A stretch of 64,000 nt of DNA from Fimbriosthenelais zetlandica (taxonomy: Eukaryota), in NCBI GenBank assembly GCA_977030845.1, contig OZ365112.1, positions 16,058,001-16,122,000 on the forward strand. Direction: 5' to 3'. The first letter of the stretch is position 1. Every line of letters starts with the position of its first letter. A model generated the notes under the pieces. The model had not been told where the DNA came from. It made no database searches and saw only the letters and a program-made list of their open reading frames with translations. Shown here piece after piece: positions 51,801 through 64,000 of this stretch. Position numbers and translations under genes: made by a program.

Positions 51801-53762
51801 GGCGCCATGTGAGGGTCATGTATAGATGGATGTCTGGGTGTAATAACATGGCCCTCAAGGAAGAGGGTAATTTTAAAGGATGAGTCGCGTTTGTTTGAGT
51901 CGCGCTGTTGTCCTGCTGAGTACGAAACTTTTGTAGATTACTACGCATGCGCCGCCACCATATGAAACACATGGGTGGAGGTCTTTTCAGTTGTCCACCT
52001 GTTGTCCCCTCTAACCTCCGCCCCTTGACCTTTGACAGGTCAGCTTAAGAAAAAGTTGACTAAAGTAGAAATAGATAGTTTCAACATGGTCGTGAAAGAA
52101 AAGCTGGACTTTCTGGGTCTGGGATGGCAAGACCATGTCACCTGGTCAATCCTATTTGTCCCGAAGGGAAGTTTGGGCACCAGACCAGATACAAATCCAT
52201 GTGTTCTTTCAACTGTCTGGCCATGGTTGTATCACCATATCAAGAAAAATATTTACCTTATGATTGATGGCGGGGTAATAGTACTTGTACGCCTGCAACC
52301 AAGATGAAAGTCCATTAAAAGACCAAAATATGTTGGTAAAAATATAACCCAAAGCCTTTTTATTACCTTACTATATTAGTGCATGGGTGACCACTGAGAA
52401 CTCAGTCTAATACAGTAGTTATAGGAGTAGGCCTTATTTCAACTAAAACAACTATGTACATAGGACTAGTACTAATAGGCCTACATGTAGGAGGCTTTAG
52501 ACTTTAGTAAATAAATAGGCCTAGTGAAGCCTTTGAAGACACCAACATTAAGCATAGGCCTAGTTCTTACGAAGTTATATACTGGAAAATATTGGGGAAC
52601 CGGAAATATAATTCACGGACGTGTCTCTCATATCTTAAGGGAGACGCACTTACTCTGCAATTTTTGCCCCATCACTTTCCTATTACACTCTTTACAGAGG
52701 TTCATAATATGTCTGTCCACTTTCTTTTCCACTTGCTTTTTTCCTTCATCATTTCATTCATGTGACAATATGATTATGACTGTCACGTCATTGTGTCTCA
52801 CTAGGCATTCTCACTCACATAAGAATCTCTATTTGTTTTGACATAATGTCATTCTCTCATTATTCTCTCAGGAAATATATGTGGTGTAGTGTATACTTTT
52901 CCACAAATTTTCCACAAATAGCAGCCCTGAAACCGATGAACGATAGATCATTAGGCCCAGAAAATGGCCTCGGGCATGAAACACGAATGACAATGATGCA
53001 ACTTGAAATATGATTACCTCTATTCTCTTTTGTGGAATGTGAGGTGGGCCGTCTGTACTTGAATGGATCTATATGTGACTATATCTATAATTTCATGTAT
53101 ATTGACAAAGATTGACAGGTTGTTATATCTGTCAAGAACATGCTCCAGAAAGAACAGATTCTAGAATGATAATGATAACAAAATATCTTCACAAAGGAAG
53201 CTTTCCCTGCAGTGTGAAAAAACACATTTCATTTGTATGTGTAAAAATGGACAGGGGCACAAATCACTTTCATAAAAATATTTAGAAATTCAGGCAACAC
53301 AATCTTTGTGAAAAGTGACACCATTGCCCCTCCACTGTGATATCAAGGGCCCACAAGCTAGTTTGAAATATTGATATATTCTTCTGATACAGCCACAGAA
53401 TATGTTTAGAAAACACAGAGCTTGACATCTATCCCGCTTTTTTTGCTTTTTCCCCATTTTTTCACAAATTTGAGAAAAATATCAGAAGTGAAGTAATACG
53501 ATTACCATTTTTATAAAATGAAGAACACTATTGAGTCGAATTTGATAAATTGATTCTGTAGCGACATGACCTAGACTTTCTCCCCCAAAAAATTGCCCTA
53601 TCAGGAGCAGTTTTCTATCTCCTTATTGTTAATAATTGTGAATATAATAAAGACTCAACTAACTCAAAGCATCCATCTCAATTCTGAGTGCAATGAGATA
53701 ACCAAGATGTATCATTTTAAATTCAATTCCGATCATTATTGCTAAATTGGCAATGACCTGGA

Positions 53763-53780
53763 AATAAATAAATAAATAAA
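53763..53780. repeat. (AAAT)n microsatellite
   Basis: aaataaataaataaataaat. Confidence 0.8.
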
Positions 53781-55938
53781 TGCTTTTATGTAAAGTTCAT
53801 GTGAGTACATCAGAGGGATTCTTTGAATCGGCGGTCCAGGGCATCACATTGCTCCCACGGTAGATGACCACCTAAGGAGATTTGTGGGAGGAGTTGGCCT
53901 GGCCACTGCTGACCAACCTGATGGACTACTCTTTGATGACTACATCCAACAAATAATCCAACAGTGGACTATAATACAAGGAGGTGAAAGTTGACTGGCA
54001 TTGACTACCACTTGGCATTTTGTGACGCCCTTCAGATTGAAAGGGCATCAGCGTGGATGGACCTTTAGCTTTGGCAGTGCCCTGCTGATAGTCCTTCTGA
54101 TGGCCGGAGAATAGCCCCCTACATTCTTCTCAAGGACTACAATAAAGTGACTTATGGACTCCATTCGTGTTTTGCTGTTCCCATGGTGACCATTTCCACC
54201 CTGAATTGCAAGAGTCAAGTGCCTGGTGAAGACTTAAAAGGGTTTGAGCTGAACAAAAGCTAGTGATCACATAAACTTGGGGAAATACTTTTTCTCCATT
54301 TGAGATGTCTACTGTTGGACCAAAAAAAGGCTCAGAAGTCTGTAATGTAATCTAACGCTACACGTACCATTCTAATATTGTGTACAAGTTTTAATATAGA
54401 TATCAGAAAAACAAATTATCAGAAAGGATTTTCTAATATTATTTCTGTCACGTCGATCAGAGCTTGTTTCATTTGTTGAGGCAAAAAAGTTAAAATGTCA
54501 TTATTATAGGGTTGCTGCTCTGCTTGATTCATACAGGTCTTTCCATAAAAGTTTCTGAGTATCAACATTTGAATGCATTTCAAACAGTGAATAAGGTGAC
54601 AACTTCTTTAACACATCCAAGTGATATGTATTCATATATACACAAGCTGTAAAGATGCTATAGGTGTAGGGGTAAGCTACAGGCTGGTATTAAATGACGT
54701 GTTATTTCACCTCTGTGTGTACCAGAAGGTGAAAAATGAAGCAGTGACCCAGTACAACCTAATTGTCAGTTGGGCTTGCCATCATATGGCCCTGAAGGCG
54801 AAACCAAACACGTCTGAATGTATCTGGTGGGGAGAAAAATTCACAGCATCGGCACTTTCAACTTTCACAATGATTTATCTAAATATGCAACATGTGAAAT
54901 CCTCGAGGTTGAAGTTAGTTTAATGTAGGATGAGGTTTAACTGATAAATGGTATTTATATTCATCAGGCTGTAACTGATGGCAAGTCTGCACTTAAATGA
55001 GGATAAATTGTTTGCACCCAAGGCTACTCCTACAAATCTATTCCACTGGATTACAGATTAATATTATCACAAGTCGAAATCTTTGATATGGGGGCGTGTA
55101 GGACAAAACCAGACCTTATCAAATGAATACCCTTCACATAATATCTGTAGAAGACTTAGATTTTAATTGGGTTGGTTGAACGGAAAATGAGGGCTAGATT
55201 CCGATCTGACTGTTGCTTTAATTTATGGCTAATCTAGTCTAGATGTGCACCTTTGGCTTTCAGTTTTCTGAGAGTGCAAATACCCTTGCTCATCATCATT
55301 TATTCCCGTCAAAGAATCAAAGGGAGTTCAAGTTTAGAGGTATTCACTACTTCTGAAGCCAACACACCTGTACCTTTCTTATCTCTACTATCAAGATCCT
55401 CATCACTAAAACACTCTAGAACAGGGATTGTGTTCCACATATGCCTTGACACTAGCAGTGACATATATCTGGTTATATACCAGCATTTGAATGTAGACCT
55501 GCATTCAATATACCAGCAGCTTGGCATTTCTCAAGAACTTACCTATATGTATGTTCAAGAAAAAAATCTCCTATGTTTGATTAAGGCTCATCTTACGGAG
55601 AAAAGTTATTCATATTGAGCAAAGACTAAGCGACCCAAATAGGGTCAAAATATATTTGCAAGCCACCTGGATAATTTCTTTATCCGTCACATCTGACACA
55701 GAACTTTCGCGTCTGATTATACGGAATATGATATTAGGAAATAACAGACGTCTTGCTCGTCCAGTGCCATTAGGATGCAATTTGATAGTCTGTAGATGAA
55801 ATTTATTACAGCAAATAGTTCTCTAATAAGTGCCTAAAATTCTTTTTATCTAAAATAACATCGATGTGCAACAGTTTCTGAGGAGAAGAGCATTGTGTGT
55901 GTTTATCCTACGCCCGACATTTTTTCCTTTGTTCTTTC

Positions 55939-56038
55939 CGGAGGTTTACCTCCATATTCTCCTCGCGGAGGTTTATTTCCAAGTCTCGGAGGTTTATTGT
56001 CAAGTCTCGGAGGTTTATTTTCATAATCCTCCGGAGGA
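55939..56038. repeat. Short direct-repeat array, CGGAGGTTTA x4, ending in a 12-bp palindrome
   Basis: Copies at 55939, 55966, 55987 and 56008 (spacing 27, 21, 21); TCCTCCGGAGGA at 56027-56038; a fifth copy at 56241 inside the hairpin. Confidence 0.9.
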
Positions 56039-56067
56039 GATATATTGAATTTGAAATGGAAAAATCT

Positions 56068-56148
56068 TGACTTGGGTGGGTTTCGAACCCATATTGGTGT
56101 GACCCTCTAAATGGGAGTCCAACACGTTATCCATTCGGCCATTGAATT
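56068..56148 (-). pseudogene. tRNA-derived segment (Ser/Leu-like, long variable region); non-functional pseudogene or SINE-like head
   Basis: Minus strand reads TGGCCGAATGG (A box) ... GTTGGACTCCCATTTAGA ... TGGG-TTCGAAA-CCCA (T arm, B box GGTTCGAAACC). The acceptor stem does not pair and the anticodon arm is degenerate. Confidence 0.65.
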
Positions 56149-56187
56149 TGCTATGATTGAGATGTGTCTGGGCAGTAGAATAAGCTC

Positions 56188-56282
56188 GAAAGCCTCCTCG
56201 GTTGGGGAGGTTCTGCAGGTAAACCACCTCGCCTTCGGCTCGGAGGTTTACCTGCAGAACCTCCCCAACCTCGGAGGCTTTC
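56188..56282 (-). repeat. 95-nt near-perfect inverted repeat (46-bp arms, 3-nt loop)
   Basis: 41 of 46 positions are Watson-Crick, checked base by base; the loop is TTC on + and GAA on -. Confidence 0.95.
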
Positions 56283-59200
56283 TATCACGTATTCGATCCA
56301 GTAGTGTATACAAGAAGGGGCTATCAGACCAAGATCAGCCCTTTGAATAGTCCCAGATGACTGCGATTCAACCCCAATATTATTCACGATACTTAAATGC
56401 ACGAAAGTCTCAATCCTTGACACCCCAAAGAAAGCAATTCTATAACTTATTTTACCAAGCAAATGTCAGTTAAGTGATCAGCATAATGTTTTGATTTGGA
56501 ATTATAAGGAGACCATGCTAAGAATGATGGCACTTGTTAAGTATACATTGACTGAACCTTTGCCTTTCACACACATACCCTTGTTATCTTTAAAGCATTA
56601 TCAACCATCATGCGCCATGTTGATCCAATCGACTTGGTTTCCCACGGAGATGAAAGGTAGAAGTGGACAAGAATTCATTATGGGAAAATCTCCGATACAC
56701 AAAAGGGGAATCAAAACTTTTCAGATAGACCATCATCCTCCTGACACATTAACCAAGACATTTCAAAAAGATTTATAGTTGTTTATTTGACATTAATGGC
56801 AATAAACGCGCCCCACATTCAATAATATGTCGTCTAATAAGCGACACTCCTGAATACAATTCTACAATGTACTATGTCACATTGTAGAAATTTGATTTTA
56901 ACAGTCATTTTTACAATTTTCATGTAAACCTGAACACTGAAAATTTTAACTCTGGATATACCAGCTCCTACCTCAAACTTCAAATGCAATACCGAAGGCA
57001 AGAGGAAATATGTATGAAAGACTGAAAAATGTAAATAAACACGTGAGGGAATGTTGACGTGTTGAATATCACTCTTCTGTTAGAGTGAGAAATGTGATAG
57101 TGATTTAACAAATGTCGGACTAAAGATGAAATACTACATCATGAAGATGTAAGCATTCATAAATTGTCACATGATCTAGGAGAAAGACAAAGAGCTACAA
57201 GAAGTGATTTTCATTTAATGATTTAAATGTTCATGAACTCATCCTCGATGAATCATGTAAATGTACACATAAATAATTTCTTCTATATCCCATATATCTA
57301 TATTATATGCCCATTGGTTTTGTTTATGTGTAGATACACTTCTATATCAGGAGTGGGGCGAACGAGAGGTGGTGGCTAATCATGATTCAGAACAAAAGAA
57401 CATGGAAAATGTTGGAAATGGATGAGGTGGAAAATCAAATTTAAATGGTTATCCGTATATTGGGTGGGATAGAGAGGCAGCTGATATGGAGCACACCTGG
57501 ACAGGCTCTGGCAGGTAGGGTGATGCTGTTGGTCAACTACTGATCCGGAACGTTAATCCCATTGTAAACCGGTCAGTGACTGGACATTGGGGAGGAGTCA
57601 GAATCACTTGGGTTCTGCTCATCCCTGACAGTGTTGAGAAGTTATCTTCAGGTATAAAACATGTGTGACGGAGTAATGTAATTTACTTCTCAACACCTTT
57701 CAGGGATTTAACCTTATTTCATTCAGGTGCAATGTGACAGACCAGGGAAACTGCAGTTAAGTTTTGAAAGTGTCTCATCTATACCTGTCGAGTCTGGGAA
57801 AATCTCATTTGTGAGTCTTTCTTGTTCACCTGACATAATTTGCCATCAGGTTTTGGCAATTGTGGTGTGAATTTCGTGGTCAAGACAAGGGAAAGAGAGA
57901 CTTGCCTGAGGAGCCCAGTTATGATAAATAACAGTGCCAACAGGCCACAAATTTACCGACAGGTATCCCCTCACTGGGAAAGTATCAAATTTCAGGTACT
58001 CACACTAGATGTCAAAACAATTTAACTAAGTTGTTAAATTTATGTGCACAGCCAAATGAGCTGCCTGCATGCTCCATATATAATATACATCTAAATAAAA
58101 AGATGTGATGATTTATTGCTATTATCTGCTTTATATTATTCGATCTCCTTTAAAGTAATCTATCCATTATTACCATCGTTCTCATGTAATTGAAAAAGTA
58201 TTAGTGACATAAAAGTTTATTCAGTGCAGATCTTTTTGCCAAATTTGAATCCCCCGTACTGGGAGTGAAAGCCCTGCTTCTGAGGGTCAGTGTGTCAGCT
58301 GAACCTCTTTTGTATGATTTATTCGGATCATTTACAGTTCAGGTGAGACAAGGCTGACCGAGACTTGTCATCAACCTAACCCCCACTTGGACTCCCCTGG
58401 GATGCATATGGACAGCTAACGACTATTTTATGATATATTTTTCAAACTCAACCCACCTCTTAGAACAAATGATTCAGTACACTATCCAAAGAACTGGTCC
58501 TCAAAGCATTTCCCCCAGTGCATATTTAGTCAATCACTTTCTAATGAATTCACAGAGAACGTATTAATGTATCGAGACAGAACGTACCACTGAAGTGATG
58601 CTTTGATTCCGGCTTAGAAGAACTGCTTATATTTAAGTAGTTTACAGCCTTTAAATTCTACTTGCATCTTTCAGAAATCATTTACTTTCAGATTCATGGA
58701 GCTTCAGGTCATTCTTGTCTAAATCCTGATGAGAATGTCTTTAGTGATTTATGAGGCCATTGTCAGAGTATCAAGCTCGTGAAGTTACTTTTTTATTGTT
58801 CAGTATAACATCTGAATTGCCCAAGAGGGCCCTGTCGATGTATAGGGGGCCCTCGTTGATCGGTCGCTGGCTCTTCTTGAGTGTATGCCCTAGGGGCTTC
58901 TTCTTAAGTTCCAAGCCTAGTTGAAGTTAAATCAGGAGAATGATTAGCCTATTGTGGATTGCTTAATTGTGTCTGCCCAAGGAAAAATATTCCCCAGAGC
59001 AATGAGGGCATGGTCCATCGAGAAGCAAGAAGGGCGAGAAATCCGAGGAAAATACTCGGTCCTCCTAGCTGTCAGCCTGGGTATTCAAAGGGCTTCAGTT
59101 CACGTATTGGAACTGCCAAGAGTTGAATTAGAAAGTCAAAATCAACACATTTTCACCAGCGGGGAAGCAATAGATACCTCATTCATGTGGAATGTTTGGT

Positions 59201-62200
59201 TAGCGGCATGGCACAGGCTTAAATAGCCGAGGAAAGCGTGGGATATGGACTTTTCAGGTGGCATTTCACTTTCTCATAAGCTGTTTCCTAACATCCCGAG
59301 CTCATCTATCTACCTGCAGTTTTTGCACATGTTCTAAATGTGCAAGTCTGATAAAGTAATACTGCAGGGAAAATCCCAATTACTAACAATTGGGGAACCT
59401 AACACTCAAATCATTATCACAAATGGAGATAACGCAGAAAACATATGTTAGGCCAGCTTTCCTAATCATGCTCTTCCTAGTGAATCAATTGGGCGAGTTT
59501 TCAACTCTTTCTCCTTCATATGTAACGCTACTCACTTCAAACACAAGTTCATAGCCTGCGACTCGCCTCATAATGCAAAACATGATGAATGATCTTGATC
59601 TGTCACAAAAACTAATGTTAAATGGGAAGTTTGCATTAATGTGAACTGGTACAGGTAGGTCCAAACTGTACCATGTGGTGTGCTTGGAATCACTCTGTCC
59701 AAATGTTAGACATTTGTCAGACAACTGTTCTAACTTTGCCTTCATAATTTTGAATTCCAAGGGACTCACAGATTAGATCTATAATAACAGATAATTTATG
59801 AACATACGGAAAAACTGAGATAGGCCAAGTTGGATGATGGTAAAACACCTAAAATCCATAACACTGTATTTTTCATATCTGTTTCAAACAAAGTTCGGAG
59901 GTTTCATACTGGCTTCAGGACTGTGTCTGCAGAAAGATTGATGGAAAGTTCAAATCTTTTTTAATGTAATGCAAATAATTCAGCTAGGGTGAATTGATAT
60001 GAAACAATTAAGCTGATATCTTTTTTTAAAATTCACGAAAATGGGAATCGTGGTTTTTCGTGCTCAATTACATTTCGGGGGTACTAGCAAAAAGTTCCTG
60101 TATAAGAAACGTAAATAAAGATTCCATGGTAGAATGCCCCTCAGTGTGGGAAAATCTGTATAATTACTAGTTTTTCGGTAAGGAATCATCTGAATGGAGG
60201 AAATTGGGTTGTTACCTGCGTTAACCCCAAGCCTATCACATATTTCGATCTTGGCCTCTATTATACTTACATAGGAACACGCAAAGTTTAATTGCTTAAA
60301 ACTGCAAAACTTTAATTTCAATAGTTAGCAATCACGTAAGAATATCAGTGCGATGTAATTATTTGTGGGGGCTGGGTTCAGGGCTGACATCTGGCCTTTT
60401 GATTGTTGTTATGGTTACCAAAAACTGGTCACTCAGACAGCCATGTACTACGATAGCGTGACAGGGAGCAGAAAACGTGGCAAAATGATTATTATATTAG
60501 TCGAGCATGCCTCTAATAGAAAATGAACCTTTATTGTGGGCACAATCTTGTGCCTATAAAAGATTCATCCAGTTACAACCATTTTAGAGGTGCGACCATC
60601 TGTTGCGGGTCGGGGATTAATACATGTGACACAGTCCGGATAGGCCTAATCGTTTTACCCATAGCAAGGCCGATGTTACACGTGATTGGGTCACATGTAC
60701 AACATTATTTTTGTACCTGGCATGTGGGAGTACATGGGTGGACTAAGTGGAGGTCCCTAGAATCTGATAACATTTTCGAGACAGCACAAAGTTATTCATG
60801 TTAAGGTATAGATGACATTGATAGCCTCATCGATCGTTTACAAATTAATTTAAAGTTAATTTTCTTTGGCGGGGGCGCCTAGGGTCACAATATGCCTAGA
60901 AAGTACCAGAGCTTTTTTGTGGTCGCGCTCAAGGCTCAGGCGACCTTTTTTCACAGACTCGCCTTGCATGGCCTGTGTTTTTGTCACCGCTAGCAGAGAG
61001 AGCGCGCATAAATTAAGCGAACGCATAACCTCTCCGGCTCAATTAGAAAATGTATTCCTGTTGGATTGAGCATCATACATAGGAGGCGGAATAACCTAGC
61101 CACTATGAGTTACTCATCCACCTTTGTTTCAAATATTATTCTCAGGAGGCCACTGCCAGGATGCTTATCTGCGCAACACAATTCCTTCTCTCTCGTTCTT
61201 TTCGCCCTCTGTACTTCCCAACTTCTCATTTCTTCCATCACTGGAGGCAAAGTAACTGTTCTCCCTGGATTATAGGGAAACATTCTTTTTTCGGGCACTT
61301 TTTCACCTCCAAGCAAAGAGGATAGGGTCCGGATTTTATTAAGAGCTGAGTGTCAATGTAGGAAGAGGCTATAAAAGGAGTGGCAATGTATGGCATTATG
61401 TGGACCCAGAACCATTTCCCTTTCCTAAAATCACCTCTCAATCACCCAGATGGCTTGTTAAGGCGATCTATTCCTCTCATCCTGATACAAGCTATGGATT
61501 CCCTGTGGGCCTACTTGATTCGCTCGACTCGCATTTAGAAGTTAAACATCAGAGAAAACGTTGTATCAATGCGTGCCCGTCTCGAGCGCCGCCGCTTTCA
61601 GGGCGCTTATTTACTCGAAGGTCGATCAATCACTCGGCGACCGCTTATCGCCTCATACAGCTTGCCTTGGAAGCGATCGCGCTCCGAATTACAATGGATG
61701 CATTTATAACATCGGCCAAGTGGTGATAACCCGAACCCCGCCCCGACAACAATAAACATATGCTGACAACGATGCCAACTTGGTTAGAAGCTATTTTTTG
61801 AGGTGGCTCCAGCACTGCTGGCACTACCGGTCGGCGACAGAAAATAGTGCCCGTACTCCGACCTCTCTCCTAAGCCTCCTCAACTTTCATCTTTGGGCGA
61901 ATGGCCCAAATGGAAGCCAGGTACATCGTGCCATAATTCATGTAATCAACAGCATCTAAATTACAGGAAATTTTTAAGTTAATCACGGAAAGGCAGTTAA
62001 TCCGAATGGCTACAATAAGGCTATGACACGCCACCGGATCTGCTACTGTTCGACATAAGATGAATGACCTGACTTTTGCTATAGGTCCAAATACAACAGG
62101 CACACATTTAACATTGGAGCCATTATTCTGCACATAATGCCAGCTGAATGCAATTTAAAGCGCACGAGCTTTTCCAACTGTATGCATATGTTATCTGCAT

Positions 62201-64000
62201 AAGAATCTCGCCAACCAGGTATATTGCAGTCATATTCCCACTAAATAACTACCCTCCAGCTAATTTTACCCTATTTTAACAGAGACGGAGCACAATATTG
62301 ACAGTTGTTTGTTCATAAGTGGACAGTTTCTATCACTTTGGCCGAGAGTGACAGAAGTTTACCCTTCTGCTCGTTTGCTCAGAGGAACACAAAGGCGACC
62401 GAACTGTAATTGACAGCAATCCAACTGCGACTTAAGTGCTCGAGCCATATACTGACATAGGTTTACTCTGGTTATGGGCTTTAAATACAATGTGTGTTTT
62501 AACTTGCTTCTATAAGAACACCTGCTTACTATCCAGACAAATTTCATCTCAAACTTCACTGAGCTATGGTATTTCTGATGGCCACCTTTCAAATGTTTTG
62601 TGTGTTTTACACACTACGTGTTATATGGGGAAATTATGATTTACTACATGTTGAATTGAGGGTCGACATTGTGTATAGAAGGGATGTGAGATAAGGACAC
62701 TTATAGGCTATTCAGGTAGAAGTATATGAAAAGGCTTGAAAGAGACCACTGTAATTATGTCTACTCACACGCACAATATGAACATCAAGCGCTACTGTAA
62801 GGTATGAGAAATAACACTAGCACTATAGCACTGTACATATAGTTCCACTGACCTGTAGTACTGGTATTAAACTTAAACTAGTACTAATTAATAGTAGTTC
62901 AATCAACTATTAGTATTAGTAGGCCTAGAGTTACTAGTACGAGTATAAGGCCTAATTTACTTAAACATAAAGCTGCGGTTGATTGCGGTGAAAAGCCCTT
63001 GTAAAGGCACTGCAAAGGACATGCCCAGAAACACATCCCTGATACCATGTAGCACCTTCATGTACTCACAATCACATCGTAAAAACATCCTGAGAACCAG
63101 AAAGATATGAAAGTATAGATTCTCCTAGTCTGCAAACAGATCCTGAAGACATGGCCACGGACACATCGCAAAGGGCCCGCAAAACTTAGATCGTCTTCCA
63201 AGACACTGTATAAGCTGTTGCTGTTGAAAGGCACCGCGACTAATTTATCACACATTTGAGACTATATATAGTAAACCAATAGTTATCATTCCATTAAATA
63301 GACAGAGAATAATGATTGCAGTGATCGTCATGGTCTCATTTGCAAGGCATGTCACAATTTATAAAAAGAAGAACTTAATGGCCAATGATGAAAAAAAATT
63401 AGACTGGCGAATAATTCAGATCAACTCAAGGAGGCGTTGTTCCGAAACTGCCATATGACAAAGTCGATAAAGAACAAAAATCTTTGCCCCAATTCATTAT
63501 TTATGTCTCGAATTAACACAAGATTTACACGGTGTAATTACTGATTAGACGAGTAGCATAAAAACAACCTGAAGAAAGAAGTTGAGAAATTGGTGCATGG
63601 TTAAAGGCTTCAAATATGATATACATGGTTGCTTTCCCTCCCATCCAGCCCCTGCCTGCGGTAGACAAGCATACCAGATCCGCCATGAAAGCGTCGCCAT
63701 GTTGAGGGTGGCACGAGCCCGGATCACCAAGCGTGATCTGTTGATCCCCAATCTCCATTAACCAATTGATGGCTGTTTGGGCTCATGCTTAAAAAATTAG
63801 CTTTTCCTCTTACCCGACTGCTCAGTGAGTATATATACTGTGGGACCCGAGGGCCCATATCCGTGCAGGTAAATACATTCACAAGCTTGTAGGACTGAGG
63901 CTCTGATCCCAAAAAGCCATGAAGGCAAGGCTATATGGCTTCTGCTGTTTTCTGGGGTAGCACTCGTTGGAAAAGGGTAAAAGTATGGAAGCATAAAGAG

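Noticed and set aside
55939-56017. Repeat-spacer pattern as a CRISPR array
   Set aside because: Repeats are only 10 bp, spacers are 11-17 bp and similar to each other, there are no cas genes, and the context is eukaryotic.
56068-56148. Functional tRNA gene
   Set aside because: The acceptor stem cannot pair and the anticodon arm is degenerate; kept only as a tRNA-derived segment.
56188-56282. Pre-miRNA or rho-independent terminator
   Set aside because: Near-perfect 46-bp arms with a 3-nt loop and a shared repeat motif fit a DNA element better; no U-tract and not prokaryotic. A hairpin-derived small RNA cannot be excluded without sRNA-seq.

Overview
This is eukaryotic (metazoan) genomic DNA, roughly 40% GC by eye. 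It is probably from a marine invertebrate bilaterian, judging by the Pax gene and the abundant TAGGCCTA/TACATGTA palindromes; the species cannot be fixed from sequence alone. The first 13.6 kb holds the last seven coding exons of a + strand gene. All splice sites are GT-AG, the phases chain correctly, and the C-terminus aligns with Pax2/5/8. The paired domain, octapeptide and partial homeodomain are not seen and presumably lie upstream of the window. The remaining ~50 kb has no protein-coding gene I can support. It looks like a developmental-gene desert with GC/CpG-rich candidate regulatory islands, several non-autonomous or decayed repeats and microsatellites. Almost all entries in the ORF track are chance ORFs. 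There are no prokaryotic features, CRISPR arrays, rRNA or intact tRNA genes. The most striking items are (i) a composite element at 55.9-56.3 kb made of a short-repeat array, a tRNA-derived segment and a 95-nt hairpin whose mismatches can form stable sheared G.A pairs on the minus strand only, and (ii) a dual-frame terminal Pax exon with a candidate frame-switching acceptor. I cannot claim a new biological system with confidence. Motif counts were made by eye and are minima; expected counts are rough estimates assuming 40% GC and independent bases.
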